NCBI GenBank assembly: GCA_018400615.1
Contig: JAGYML010000001.1
Coordinates: 7,134-71,133 of the forward strand
DNA length: 64,000 nt
Reading direction: 5' to 3'
Origin: a bacterium
Lineage (GTDB): Bacteria; Bacillota_I; Bacilli_A; Izemoplasmatales; Izemoplasmataceae
The position numbers and the translations under genes are program-made. The notes under the pieces were generated by a model. It ran no database searches, was not told the origin of the DNA, and was given only the letters and a program-made list of their open reading frames with translations. Of the stretch, positions 54,975-64,000 are shown piece by piece. Position 1 is the stretch's first letter, and every line of letters starts with the position of its first letter.

Positions 54975-55658
54975 ATGCAATTAATCAATCAACTGGTACG
55001 TACTTGCCGTCTCTTTGATGGTATGGAACACTCCAATTTGGAGAAGCAGATGAAACAAAAACGCCTTACAGCACGCACCTATGACGCCACGGATTATATA
55101 GATATCACGGACGCCAATGCATTGGTATGCATTCTTGCAGGGTCGCTTGATATTATGGAAATGTCTGAGGCAGGCAATTTGATGCTTATGGAGCATTTTG
55201 AAAAAGGGGCTTGCATTGGGGCGAACACCCTCTTTTCAAAAACGGGTGTCACCAATGTGATAGGCAGGACTTACACGGGTTTGAAAGTTGTCATGATTCA
55301 TAGAGACGCCGTGTTCGACCTGCTTCGCCGCGACACGCAATTTTTGAAGAATTTTCTTGAACTCGTATCAACAAGAAGCACAATGTTGACACGGAAAATA
55401 AGCAACCTCTCCTTTACAAGTCTGGAAGACAAAATCATGCATTACCTAGAGGGGTTATCCGTGCGTCAAGATACCCATCACGTAAGGCTTTATCTGAGTA
55501 AAAAACGTCTTGCGGAGCTTTTCGGTGTTGCGCGCACATCACTAAGCAGACGGCTGAGCGAGATGGAAAGAAAAGGACTCCTTGAAGTCAGAAAAGACAC
55601 CATTGTTTTAAACCCATTATTTTTCAAGATCCATAAAAAAAACTTTGCCAATGTGTGA
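54975..55658 (+). CDS. Crp/Fnr family transcriptional regulator
   Basis: A cNMP-binding-like beta-roll is followed by the HTH 'KKRLAELFGVARTSLSRRLSEMERKGLL'. The ATG at 54975 follows ggagga. Confidence 0.8.
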   Translation: MQLINQLVRTCRLFDGMEHSNLEKQMKQKRLTARTYDATDYIDITDANALVCILAGSLDIMEMSEAGNLMLMEHFEKGACIGANTLFSKTGVTNVIGRTYTGLKVVMIHRDAVFDLLRRDTQFLKNFLELVSTRSTMLTRKISNLSFTSLEDKIMHYLEGLSVRQDTHHVRLYLSKKRLAELFGVARTSLSRRLSEMERKGLLEVRKDTIVLNPLFFKIHKKNFANV

Positions 55659-55675
55659 TTGGCAAAGTTTTTTGA
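55634..55675. terminator. Bidirectional intrinsic terminator
   Basis: 12-bp stem aactttgccaat / attggcaaagtt flanked by an A8 run and a T-run. It overlaps the crp-like stop. Confidence 0.8.
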
Positions 55676-55678
55676 ATA

Positions 55679-57358
55679 TTATATGGCGCTAATGACAGGT
55701 AAAATCATTGGATTTCTTTCTGTCTTGGCATGGATATGCTTATTGAGAATCTTGACGGTTTCCTTTTTGATGGCCCCTTCATTAATGGTGCCATCCTTTT
55801 TAAGCAATTCCTTGACACGTTTACCTACAAGGGTGCTCATTTCGTTGGTGAGTGCAATGTTGTCTTTCATGTAGATGAATCCGCGGGACACAATAATCGG
55901 TTTATCAATCATTCTTTTGGCGTCCTTGTCAACAGTGATGATGACGCTAAGTACCCCGTCTTCACTTAGAATGCGTCTGTCTTTTAGAACGACACTTCCA
56001 ATGTCACCGATGCCTTTACCGTCAATGTAGACATTGCCGGCTTGGATTTTCCCCGCTTTACGGCAACTTTTTTCACTGACAGCCACAACGTCTCCGTTAT
56101 CGCAAATAAATGAATGGTCTCTTGGGACACCACATTCCGCAGCGGTTTCAGCATGCACTTTGAGCATGCGGTGTTCACCGTGAATCGGCATGAAGAATTT
56201 TGGCTTCATGAGTTTGAGCATAAGACGCAATTCCATGTTGCCTGCGTGTCCACTTGCATGGGTATCTGTCAAAGGGGAGTGGGTAACGACATTCGCACCC
56301 TGTTTGAACAGGTTGTTGATGGTGTTGTTGATGCTTGATTGGTTACCGGGAATGGCACTTGAAGAGAAAATGACGGTATCGCCTTGTTGGATCTTGATTT
56401 GTCTGTGGGTTCCGTTTGCAATTCTTGAAAGTGCGGCAAAGGGTTCACCCTGGCTACCCGTTGAGAGGATGGTGATTTCTTCAGGTTTGAAATGTTTGAG
56501 CGCTCTTGATGATACGAAGGTACCATGGGGTGCCTTGATGTGGCCCATTTCCTGACCAACTTCAACAGTTCGCTCCATCGAGCGTCCAAATACGGCAATC
56601 TTTCTTTTGCTTGCGATGCTCGCTTCGACGATTTGTTGTACACGGTGCAAGTTTGAGGCAAAGGTTGCCACAACGGCCCGTCCTTCTATGCGTGAGAAGA
56701 TGTCTTTAATGTTTTCACTGACCGTGGTTTCACTTTTTGTGAATTTGTTGACTTCCGAGTTCGTGGAATCCGAAAGAAGAAGCAATACACCACTGCTACC
56801 GAGTTTGGCCATTTTGGCATAATCGGCATCAGGGCCCGTAGGGGTAAAGTCAAATTTGAAATCCCCTGTATGAACGATTTTCCCTTGTGGGGTCTTGACG
56901 ACCACACCGAATGAATCGGGGATAGAGTGGTTGGTTCTGAAAAATCCCACACTGAGCTTGTCAAAGCGCAGAATGTCGTTTTCGAAGAATTCCATGAGAT
57001 TGTATGCAATCCCTTTGTGTTCTTCCATTTTTTTCTTGATGAGACCAGCCGCTAAGCCCGTCGCATAGATTTTCGGAATTTTTACATGACGTAAAAGCCA
57101 AGGTATGCCACCGATATGGTCTTCATGACCATGGGTGATAACCAACGCTTTGATTTTATCTTGATTTTCTTGTAGATATGTATAATCGGGAATAACGTAG
57201 TCTATGCCGGGAAGGTTTTCATCTGGGAACATGACCCCTGAATCGATGATTACAATCTCGTCTTGATATTCCACGCAATACATATTCTTTCCAACTTCAC
57301 CAAGACCGCCTAATGCAAAAACACCGACTTCGTGCTTTTTAAAAAGTTGATTTTGCAT
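55679..57358 (-). CDS. rnj: Ribonuclease J
   Basis: 'ITHGHEDHIGG', a beta-CASP region, and 'HASGHA'. 559 aa. Confidence 0.95.
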   Translation of the reverse strand: MQNQLFKKHEVGVFALGGLGEVGKNMYCVEYQDEIVIIDSGVMFPDENLPGIDYVIPDYTYLQENQDKIKALVITHGHEDHIGGIPWLLRHVKIPKIYATGLAAGLIKKKMEEHKGIAYNLMEFFENDILRFDKLSVGFFRTNHSIPDSFGVVVKTPQGKIVHTGDFKFDFTPTGPDADYAKMAKLGSSGVLLLLSDSTNSEVNKFTKSETTVSENIKDIFSRIEGRAVVATFASNLHRVQQIVEASIASKRKIAVFGRSMERTVEVGQEMGHIKAPHGTFVSSRALKHFKPEEITILSTGSQGEPFAALSRIANGTHRQIKIQQGDTVIFSSSAIPGNQSSINNTINNLFKQGANVVTHSPLTDTHASGHAGNMELRLMLKLMKPKFFMPIHGEHRMLKVHAETAAECGVPRDHSFICDNGDVVAVSEKSCRKAGKIQAGNVYIDGKGIGDIGSVVLKDRRILSEDGVLSVIITVDKDAKRMIDKPIIVSRGFIYMKDNIALTNEMSTLVGKRVKELLKKDGTINEGAIKKETVKILNKHIHAKTERNPMILPVISAI

Positions 57359-57464
57359 TGTCGAGTCCTCCTAGTAGAATCGAGTGTTTCTTTCTTCTTA
57401 TTATAGCTTATTTTATAGAATAAACCAATTCTTATGTGTTATAATTTTCATATAGGTGATACAA

Positions 57465-58250
57465 ATGAAAAAGCGGGTTATATTCTTTTTCGATGTGGAT
57501 GGAACACTTTATGATTCATTGAACAAAGTGGTGCGTCCTTCAACTGAAAAAGCATTGAAGGCACTACATGAACGCGACGATACTGTCATTGCGGTTGCGA
57601 CAGGTCGTGCTTTTTATATGCTTGATATCATCGAGGGTCTCAAACCCTACATCGATGTCTATATTACCATAAATGGACGCATAATTTACAATAAAGACAC
57701 CATAATTCATGATGAACCCATGAAAGCTCAAACAATCGAACGCTTTAAAAAACAGTTTCAGGCACACGGACTCAATTTCGGGTTTATTGGCAAACATGAA
57801 CAGGCGGTTTACCGTCTGGACTCCTACGCCAAATGCATGTTCGACAAGGCGCGTCTTCCAAGGCCTATGGAAGGGCCAGACTTCAACCTCACCCATGATG
57901 TCTATCAAATGTGGGCCTTTGGAGCCAAACGCAAGATGGAAGTCTTCAATATGACCCATGAGGAATACGAAGTCGTACCATGGTTGAAAGATGGCTTCGA
58001 TCTGATCCACAAATCCTTTCATAAAGGCAGTGGCGTCTTGAAAGTTTTAAATCATCTGTCTCTCAATGAAACAGACGCTTACAGCTTTGGCGATGCGGAT
58101 AACGACATTTCAATGTTCGAAGTCATAGAAAAAAGCATCGCCATGGGTAACGGGACACGGTCCCTTAAAACCCATGCCTGGTCAGTAACAGACAGTGCAG
58201 ATCAAGAAGGCCTAGCAAACGCCTTGAAATCCTTAAATTTTATAAAGTGA
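57465..58250 (+). CDS. Cof-type HAD-IIB family hydrolase
   Basis: 'FFFDVDGTL', 'VATGR' and 'FGDADNDISM'. The ATG at 57465 follows aggtga. Confidence 0.85.
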   Translation: MKKRVIFFFDVDGTLYDSLNKVVRPSTEKALKALHERDDTVIAVATGRAFYMLDIIEGLKPYIDVYITINGRIIYNKDTIIHDEPMKAQTIERFKKQFQAHGLNFGFIGKHEQAVYRLDSYAKCMFDKARLPRPMEGPDFNLTHDVYQMWAFGAKRKMEVFNMTHEEYEVVPWLKDGFDLIHKSFHKGSGVLKVLNHLSLNETDAYSFGDADNDISMFEVIEKSIAMGNGTRSLKTHAWSVTDSADQEGLANALKSLNFIK

Positions 58251-58258
58251 GTGGTATC

Positions 58259-60592
58259 ATGTACGCAGAAGTACTCGTAGACATTACCCATCAAGCCGTG
58301 GATCAGGTATTCGATTATGAAATCCCTGAAATGCTTGAAGAGAATATCGCCATCGGTCAGCGCGTGAAAGTCCCTTTTGCAGGTAGGACGATTACGGGCT
58401 TTGTGGTCAGTACCAAAAACGAAACGCATCTTGAAAAAGTAAAACCGATTGATACGATTATGGATTTGATACCGTATTTCAACAATGAACGTCTTACGTT
58501 GTCCAAAACCTTGTCGTTTTATCATGTGTATCCGCGTGTAGCCTATTTGAATGCCATGATTCCAAGTGCCCTCAAAATGCGCTACGAAACAGTGTATACC
58601 ATACTGGACGAACCCAGTCTTCCTGAGGTGTTGAAACCCTTTGTCACGAAAGACCGAATAAGAAAAAAAGATCTGAAACCCATGCATTTGTCGCTTGTGA
58701 AGGAGGCCCTTCAAAAGGGCGCTCTAAAAGAGACGGTGAAAGTATTCAACAATGCCCGTATTAAAACCGTAGACTATATCTTACTAGAAGATGGCCGCGA
58801 AGTCAAAGGCAAAAAACAGCGTGCCATCATAGAAACCTTGAAAGAAGCGGATGGGGCTTACGAAAAGCAGGCGCTTTTAAAAGCCGTCAATACGACATCA
58901 CAACCCCTGCGTGCGTTGATTGAAAAAGGCCACGTCAAAAAGGTCTCAAAGGAACGTTACCGTGAAATCAAGAGTCTTTACGAGCTTGAAGACGCCCCCG
59001 TGACTTTGAACTCTGAACAGTCGACCGTCAAGGAAACCATCAGTGCAGCACTGAATACCTATCATCCCTTTTTACTTCACGGTGTGACTTCAAGTGGAAA
59101 GACAGAAATCTATATCAAATTGGTCAAGGACGTATTGGCACAAGGTAAAAGCGCCATCGTGTTGTTGCCTGAGATCAGCCTGACACCAAAAATCACGGCC
59201 CGCTTCAAGAGTGTTTTTGAAAGTGAAATCGCCGTCCTTCACAGCCGTCTTTCAATCAATGAGCACTATGATGAATGGCGCCGTATCCTAAAAGGTGAAG
59301 CCCACGTCGTCATTGGGGCGAGAAGCGCCATATTCGCACCACTTGAAACCATCGGCATCATCATTGTTGATGAAGCCCACAGCGACACCTATATTCAAAG
59401 AGACGCCCCAAAATATAACGCCATCGACGTGGCGAAACTAAGAGCGAGTGTTCACCGCGCCCCAGTCGTACTGGGAAGCGCCACCCCTTCGGTTGAAAGC
59501 ATGTACGAAGCCAGGATGGGTGATATGACGCTTCTGACGCTTACACAAAGAGCCCTCAAAAGCAAATGGCCCAAAATCAGACTCGTTGACATGAGAGAAG
59601 CGTTTTTAAAAGGCAATACGTCCATATTCTCAGATGAATTGAAATCTGCGATTGAAAGCCGTATTGCAAAAGGTGAACAGACCTTGCTTCTCATCAACCG
59701 GCGTGGACATTCGCAGTTTGTAATGTGTCGTTCCTGCGGGGAAACCATGCGCTGCAAACAATGCGGCATTTCCCTAACCTACCACAAGGAAAACGATGCG
59801 CTCATGTGTCACCACTGTGGCCACAAGGAACCCATGCCCAAAACGTGTCCTAACTGTTCAAGCAAACATATACGCTATATGGGCCTGGGCAGTGAACAGG
59901 TTGAAGACGCAGTCAAAAAGACTTTTGAACAGGCGTCGGTCAATCGGCTCGACAAAGACAGTGCCTCAAGAAAGCATGCCCATGAAGAAATTCTTTATGA
60001 TTTTGAGGAAAACGGAGACGTATTGGTGGGTACCCAGATGATTTCCAAAGGCCTGGATTTTGAAAAAGTCACGCTTGTAGGGGTTTTAAGCGCCGACATG
60101 AGTTTTCATGTTCCGGACTTTTTCGCTGAAAGTGACACCTTTGCACTGCTTACCCAGATTGCGGGTCGAGCTGGAAGAAGGCACACCCAGGGTGAAGTCA
60201 TCATTCAGGCATACGACATCAACCACCCGGTTCTTGAAGACGTTTTACATGGGGATTATGACACCTTCTACAAACGTGAGATAGCTTACCGCCAAAGTGT
60301 CCAGGTCCCACCATTCAAGAAAATCACCCAAATCACCATAGGGCACGAGACATACAATGAAGCCTACAAACAAGGTCTCACGATGGTGAGAGAACTTAAA
60401 AACGGCTTGCGTGCCAAGGTCATGGGTCCCATCAAACCCACAATCTATCAGACCAAGGACAAGGCTTTCGTACAGATACTCATAAAACACGATGGCAAGA
60501 AAACACTCTATGAAAGACTTCACCAGATTATGACTTCAATCAATCTCAGACACTTTCAAATCAATATTGAACACAACCCGAGAAACATGTAA
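58259..60592 (+). CDS. priA: Primosomal replication restart helicase PriA
   Basis: 'LLHGVTSSGKTEIY', 'IIVDEAHS', zinc-binding 'CRSCG...CKQCG...CHHCG...CPNC', and 'QIAGRAGR'. Confidence 0.95.
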   Translation: MYAEVLVDITHQAVDQVFDYEIPEMLEENIAIGQRVKVPFAGRTITGFVVSTKNETHLEKVKPIDTIMDLIPYFNNERLTLSKTLSFYHVYPRVAYLNAMIPSALKMRYETVYTILDEPSLPEVLKPFVTKDRIRKKDLKPMHLSLVKEALQKGALKETVKVFNNARIKTVDYILLEDGREVKGKKQRAIIETLKEADGAYEKQALLKAVNTTSQPLRALIEKGHVKKVSKERYREIKSLYELEDAPVTLNSEQSTVKETISAALNTYHPFLLHGVTSSGKTEIYIKLVKDVLAQGKSAIVLLPEISLTPKITARFKSVFESEIAVLHSRLSINEHYDEWRRILKGEAHVVIGARSAIFAPLETIGIIIVDEAHSDTYIQRDAPKYNAIDVAKLRASVHRAPVVLGSATPSVESMYEARMGDMTLLTLTQRALKSKWPKIRLVDMREAFLKGNTSIFSDELKSAIESRIAKGEQTLLLINRRGHSQFVMCRSCGETMRCKQCGISLTYHKENDALMCHHCGHKEPMPKTCPNCSSKHIRYMGLGSEQVEDAVKKTFEQASVNRLDKDSASRKHAHEEILYDFEENGDVLVGTQMISKGLDFEKVTLVGVLSADMSFHVPDFFAESDTFALLTQIAGRAGRRHTQGEVIIQAYDINHPVLEDVLHGDYDTFYKREIAYRQSVQVPPFKKITQITIGHETYNEAYKQGLTMVRELKNGLRAKVMGPIKPTIYQTKDKAFVQILIKHDGKKTLYERLHQIMTSINLRHFQINIEHNPRNM

Positions 60593-60606
60593 CGAGGAGG
60601 CAAAAC

Positions 60607-61536
60607 ATGAAAATCGTATTTATGGGAACCCCGGACTTCAGTGTCCCGATATTAAACGCACTTGCAAAAGCCTACAACGTAGTCGGGGTCGTGACACAAC
60701 CCGACAAACCAAAAGGAAGAAAGAAAACACTGACCCCCTCACCTGTCAAAATCGCAGCTGAGTCACTTGGTATAAAGGTGTTGCAACCTAGAAAAATCAA
60801 ACAGCATGAAGAGGCGATACTGGCATTGAATCCCGATGTAATCGTGACGGCTGCCTATGGTCAGATCATTGGCGACAAACTGCTCAACGTACCGACATAC
60901 GGTTCGGTGAATGTCCATGCAAGCCTGCTTCCGAAACTCAGAGGCGGCGCCCCGATTCAGCGTGCCATCGAAAGGGGCCACAAAGAGACAGGTGTGACCA
61001 TCATGATTATGGGCAAAGGCATGGACACTGGCCCTATTCTCTCCAAGCGCAGTGTTGAGCTCACCCCTTATGAAACAGCGGAGTCCCTTTTTGCAAGGTT
61101 GTCACTTTTGGGGCGTGATCTGCTTTTGCAAACCCTGCCCTCTTACTTCGAGGGAACCCTCAGACCTACCCCGCAAAACGATGGGGAAGCGACCTATGCC
61201 TATGCCATCAAACGCCATGAGGAAAAACTCGATTTCAGTAAAGAAGCGCTTCACCTTGATAGAAAAATCAGGGCCTTCTACCCTGAACCGAACACCTACT
61301 TCGATACGCCTGCTGGCCGTTTGAAAGTCATTGAGGCCTTTGTCAGGCCAAAAGACTTCAAAGCCGAACCGGGCACACTCCTGGGTTTTGATAAAACCGG
61401 ACTGGTCATCGCCACCAAAAAAGACGCCCTTGTACTCAAGACCGTTCAACCCACAGGCAAGAAACCCATGGACGCCTTTGCGTTTATGAACGGAGTCGGT
61501 CGCAAGTGGTTCAAAGAAGGGCAGAAGGTTTTGTGA
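60607..61536 (+). CDS. fmt: Methionyl-tRNA formyltransferase
   Basis: 'IVFMGTPDFSVPIL', 'NVHASLLPKLRGGAPIQRAI' and 'MDTGPIL'. Confidence 0.95.
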   Translation: MKIVFMGTPDFSVPILNALAKAYNVVGVVTQPDKPKGRKKTLTPSPVKIAAESLGIKVLQPRKIKQHEEAILALNPDVIVTAAYGQIIGDKLLNVPTYGSVNVHASLLPKLRGGAPIQRAIERGHKETGVTIMIMGKGMDTGPILSKRSVELTPYETAESLFARLSLLGRDLLLQTLPSYFEGTLRPTPQNDGEATYAYAIKRHEEKLDFSKEALHLDRKIRAFYPEPNTYFDTPAGRLKVIEAFVRPKDFKAEPGTLLGFDKTGLVIATKKDALVLKTVQPTGKKPMDAFAFMNGVGRKWFKEGQKVL

Positions 61537-61621
61537 AAAGGTTTTTGTTTCCATTTTCATTTTCCGCTGAATAATGCTATAATACTGTATTAAGAAAGCC
61601 ATTACAGTAAAGGAGATACTT

Positions 61622-62185
61622 ATGGAAAAAAGAACCCTTTTCTCACGCAGTGAGATGTTACAGATGAACAGCGAACGCTTGAAAGAGCGTGGCGTTAAAA
61701 TTGAAGAAATTGCAGAGGTTGCTTACGCGCAACAATCCAAATGGACCGATGTCATTTCAAGACAGGACTGCATTGACAGTGTCGAAAAGATTTTGTCACT
61801 CCGCGACACTTTTCACATTCTTCAACTTGGTGCCGAAATCGACCGTTTAACAGAAACCGGTGAAATCAAAGGCCCCATACGTGACGTGCTCAATGCCGAT
61901 CTCGGGCTCTTTGGTATCGACGAGCTTTTCGGTCTTGAACTCGCAGGCATTTATGGCACCATTGGAAAAACCAATTTCGGGGACATCGATGTCAACAAGC
62001 CCGAAGTCATCGAACGCCTCAACACCGCGGGCAAGGGTGACAAGAAGGAGTGCCATACCTTCATGGATGACATTGTCGGTGCGATAGCCGCCGCCGCAAG
62101 TACGCGCGTGGCTCAGATTATCAATGAAACCGAAGCACGTAAAGATCCACGCTACAAGGAAATCAAACTGGACTTCGATGTTTAG
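61622..62185 (+). CDS. Phosphatidylglycerophosphatase A-like protein (YutG-like)
   Basis: 'DLGLFGIDELFGLELAGIYGTIGKTNFGDIDVNKP' resembles the YutG/PgpA family. This rests on recognition by memory only. Confidence 0.6.
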   Translation: MEKRTLFSRSEMLQMNSERLKERGVKIEEIAEVAYAQQSKWTDVISRQDCIDSVEKILSLRDTFHILQLGAEIDRLTETGEIKGPIRDVLNADLGLFGIDELFGLELAGIYGTIGKTNFGDIDVNKPEVIERLNTAGKGDKKECHTFMDDIVGAIAAAASTRVAQIINETEARKDPRYKEIKLDFDV

Positions 62186-62219
62186 AATGCACGCATGACA
62201 TTGCGGGGGGTGGGAAACC

Positions 62220-63773
62220 ATGGCCAATCAGAAGAAAAGTCTTGACGATTTTTTCAAAAAAGCCGATCAGGATCCAGATGAACTCAAGACCTATGTCGAT
62301 GAAATGGGCAAGGGCGTTGATCCCAACAAGACCACCCGCCTTGATAAAATCGCCATGTTTTTTAAGCATACCGTCGACCGCATTAAAATAGGCTCTAAAA
62401 CAGACAGTAAAAAAGACAAACCAAAACGAAAAAGCGGACAATTTACAAGACGCCTCAAGATTATTTTCAAGCGTTTATTCCAAAAGGCCTCCAAACGGTT
62501 CAACTTTGAATCCGGAGTGGATATTCTTGATGAAACCAGTGTGCTATACAGACGCAACCGGGTCATCAAGAATATTCTCATCATCACCAACATCGTGTTT
62601 TTGATCTTCACCCTCATCGGCAACAAGAACCCCAACTACATCGTCATCTTCGGATTTGGAATCATCATGTTCGCTACCAATACGACACTTAAACGCATTA
62701 TCAAAGAACAACCGCGAACGCTTATCAAGCAAAAAATGGCGATGTACATCGCCAGTGTCTATATCCTGCTCGCCTCGTTTGGGGTCTATATCAAATTGCG
62801 CGTGGGGGTTGAAGCGGATGTCCTCGCAGGCTTTTCAATCACGCAAGCAGGCTACGTCCTCATTTACTTCGCCCTCGTAGTGATTGCGCTTTATCAAGAC
62901 GCTACTTTGCTGAGAATTCTATTCAAATGGATTTTGGTGCTCATGACGGTTATCCATGTCACCATCATGTACCCGCTTTATGAGTATGCAACTTCCATTG
63001 AAGCCCTTTATCAGTATCTGATCATCGACAATCCAAGCATCGCTATTGACATTCTCCTACGTACACTGGTGCTCATTATTTTCAATATCGCGCTTTATTC
63101 ATCGGTCGCAATTGGTGAGATGATGAACAACAAACGCAAGGAAGAACTTATCAAGCGCCGTGATATGGAATCAGACTTCAAAGCCGTGGTCGGCGACGTA
63201 TTCGACGTTATCGGTGTTTTCAATGTACATTCGGACTCCCAGGACAAATCAGCCGCTCACAGAGTCGCGGAAATCGCTTCGAGACTCGGCAACGTCCTAG
63301 GACTTTCACCAAGCATCTGCAGTGAAATCTATGACTATTCCAAAATACATGTGGACCGTGTCAAGGATCTCTCCATCATTGAGTATGAAGACAAAGATGT
63401 ACTCAATGAAGAAGACTATCAGGTTATTCGTGAGAAAACGATTCTTGGAAGCGTCATTATCAAAAGGCTTCAGCTCAATCAGAAAAGTGAAGATGTCGTC
63501 CGTGCACACTTTGAAAAAACCGCAGATAAAAGCTTTACTGAGAAGATGAAACGCATTCAGCGTTCACAGGAAGGTCAAATCATTTTACTTGCGGAAATCT
63601 ATGAGATTCTTCGCCAATCACGAAACTATAAAACAGCGCTCAACCATAAAAGAGCGATTGAGCTTCTTGAACTTGAATTCAAGGAATACTTTGAACCCTA
63701 CATTCTCGACAGGTTCATCAAATACGGCTCTGAATTTGAAAACTATTATCAAAGGTTCAAAGCAAGAGCTTAA
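62220..63773 (+). CDS. Polytopic membrane protein with C-terminal degenerate HD-GYP-like domain
   Basis: A basic N-terminus, ~6 TM helices (aa ~115-300), then 'AAHRVAEIASRLGNVLGLS...IYDYSK' in place of 'HS.RVa...lHDiGK', 'AHFE...SFT' in place of 'HHE..GsGYP', and 'LAEIYEILRQSRNYKTAL'. Confidence 0.55.
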   Translation: MANQKKSLDDFFKKADQDPDELKTYVDEMGKGVDPNKTTRLDKIAMFFKHTVDRIKIGSKTDSKKDKPKRKSGQFTRRLKIIFKRLFQKASKRFNFESGVDILDETSVLYRRNRVIKNILIITNIVFLIFTLIGNKNPNYIVIFGFGIIMFATNTTLKRIIKEQPRTLIKQKMAMYIASVYILLASFGVYIKLRVGVEADVLAGFSITQAGYVLIYFALVVIALYQDATLLRILFKWILVLMTVIHVTIMYPLYEYATSIEALYQYLIIDNPSIAIDILLRTLVLIIFNIALYSSVAIGEMMNNKRKEELIKRRDMESDFKAVVGDVFDVIGVFNVHSDSQDKSAAHRVAEIASRLGNVLGLSPSICSEIYDYSKIHVDRVKDLSIIEYEDKDVLNEEDYQVIREKTILGSVIIKRLQLNQKSEDVVRAHFEKTADKSFTEKMKRIQRSQEGQIILLAEIYEILRQSRNYKTALNHKRAIELLELEFKEYFEPYILDRFIKYGSEFENYYQRFKARA

Positions 63774-63787
63774 GGAGGCAAGACGGC

Positions 63788-64000
63788 ATGTTCGAACATA
63801 TTTGGCTTGATTCCATATTGATACTCGCCCTGATTCTTTTGACAGTCGTCTCCATCCTCGTCATAAGAAGCAGACTCTTGAGACTGTGGCACAAGGTAAG
63901 CAGACTCGAAATCTCATTTCACTCAGCATTTGAAGCATGCATTTCTACATTCCTCAAATATGAGGCGTCCCTCAAGCCTTATGATCCCAGTCATTACCTG
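63788..64000 (+). CDS. Hypothetical N-terminally membrane-anchored protein, 3' partial (runs off window)
   Basis: The ATG at 63788 follows aaggagg. The frame stays open to nt 64000: 'MFEHIWLDSILILALILLTVVSILVIRSRLLRLWHKV...'. It is not in the ORF track because no stop is reached. Confidence 0.4.
   Translation, partial: MFEHIWLDSILILALILLTVVSILVIRSRLLRLWHKVSRLEISFHSAFEACISTFLKYEASLKPYDPSHYL

Noticed and set aside
58259-61536. priA-fmt without an intervening def gene, considered as an anomaly
   Set aside because: The gene order varies among Bacillota, and def is probably elsewhere. On its own this is not informative.
1-64000. Scan for tRNA, rRNA, CRISPR arrays, IS elements, integrases or prophage genes
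   Set aside because: No intergenic gap exceeds ~190 nt. I saw no repeat-spacer periodicity, no cloverleaf-like GC-rich 75-nt blocks, and no transposase, integrase or phage-structural motifs in any frame. A tRNAscan/Infernal run would be needed to exclude small RNAs formally.

Overview
This is a dense, mostly housekeeping chromosomal segment with about 62 protein genes. I recognised no rRNA, tRNA, CRISPR array, transposase or integrase. The genome looks Bacillota-type and uses the standard code, since TGA serves as a stop. Several traits suggest an anaerobic or facultative, possibly Mollicutes- or Erysipelotrichia-like organism: A-A-C type lipoboxes, a short IF-2, PFOR, a SufCDSUB operon, two DegV/FakB paralogs, a ComK-like gene and many acidic C-terminal tails. 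Taxonomy cannot be settled by reading the sequence alone.

Landmarks in order:
- a MacB-like ABC transporter (5' partial) and a class II photolyase
- a six-gene cassette: OLD-like ATPase-Toprim, Zn-ribbon methyltransferase, 2-hydroxyacid dehydrogenase, RdhA/QueG-like Fe-S protein, Smr, and a TM zinc-ribbon protein
- DegV-MarR-PadR-membrane-DegV-Gx transporter
- ApbE, a di-FMN lipoprotein, NusG-II and DUF1146
- yigZ, cca, pullulanase, yhaM, rplY
- a giant acidic PrsA-like lipoprotein
- an MBL hydrolase, a LicA-like kinase, nifJ (PFOR), mgtC, an FccA-type flavoprotein
- sufCDSUB, tkt, a sugar ABC ATPase, a ComK-like gene
- pgk, an HPr-like gene, tpiA, rpsD
- a GAF/fRMsr protein, thiI, trmH
- rimP-nusA-ylxR-ylxQ-infB-rbfA-uvrC-exonuclease
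- a GalK-like gene, a NapH-like Fe-S membrane protein with a divergent Crp/Fnr regulator
- rnj, a Cof HAD hydrolase, priA, fmt, a PgpA-like gene, and a polytopic degenerate HD-GYP-like protein

The best candidates for something new are:
1. The extracytosolic flavinylation module at 10960-14610. Its tandem-duplicated FMN-binding lipoprotein has a conserved DYGMH loop and a consensus promoter, and no known electron-input partner is in view.
2. The translationally coupled cassette at 3380-7835, which mixes nuclease-type and redox or methylation genes.
3. An Arg17-less HPr paralog inserted between pgk and tpiA.
4. An ~860-aa acidic PrsA-like lipoprotein.
5. Enzyme-like proteins with degenerate catalytic motifs (GalK-like and HD-GYP-like).

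All family calls come from motif recognition by eye. No database search was run.
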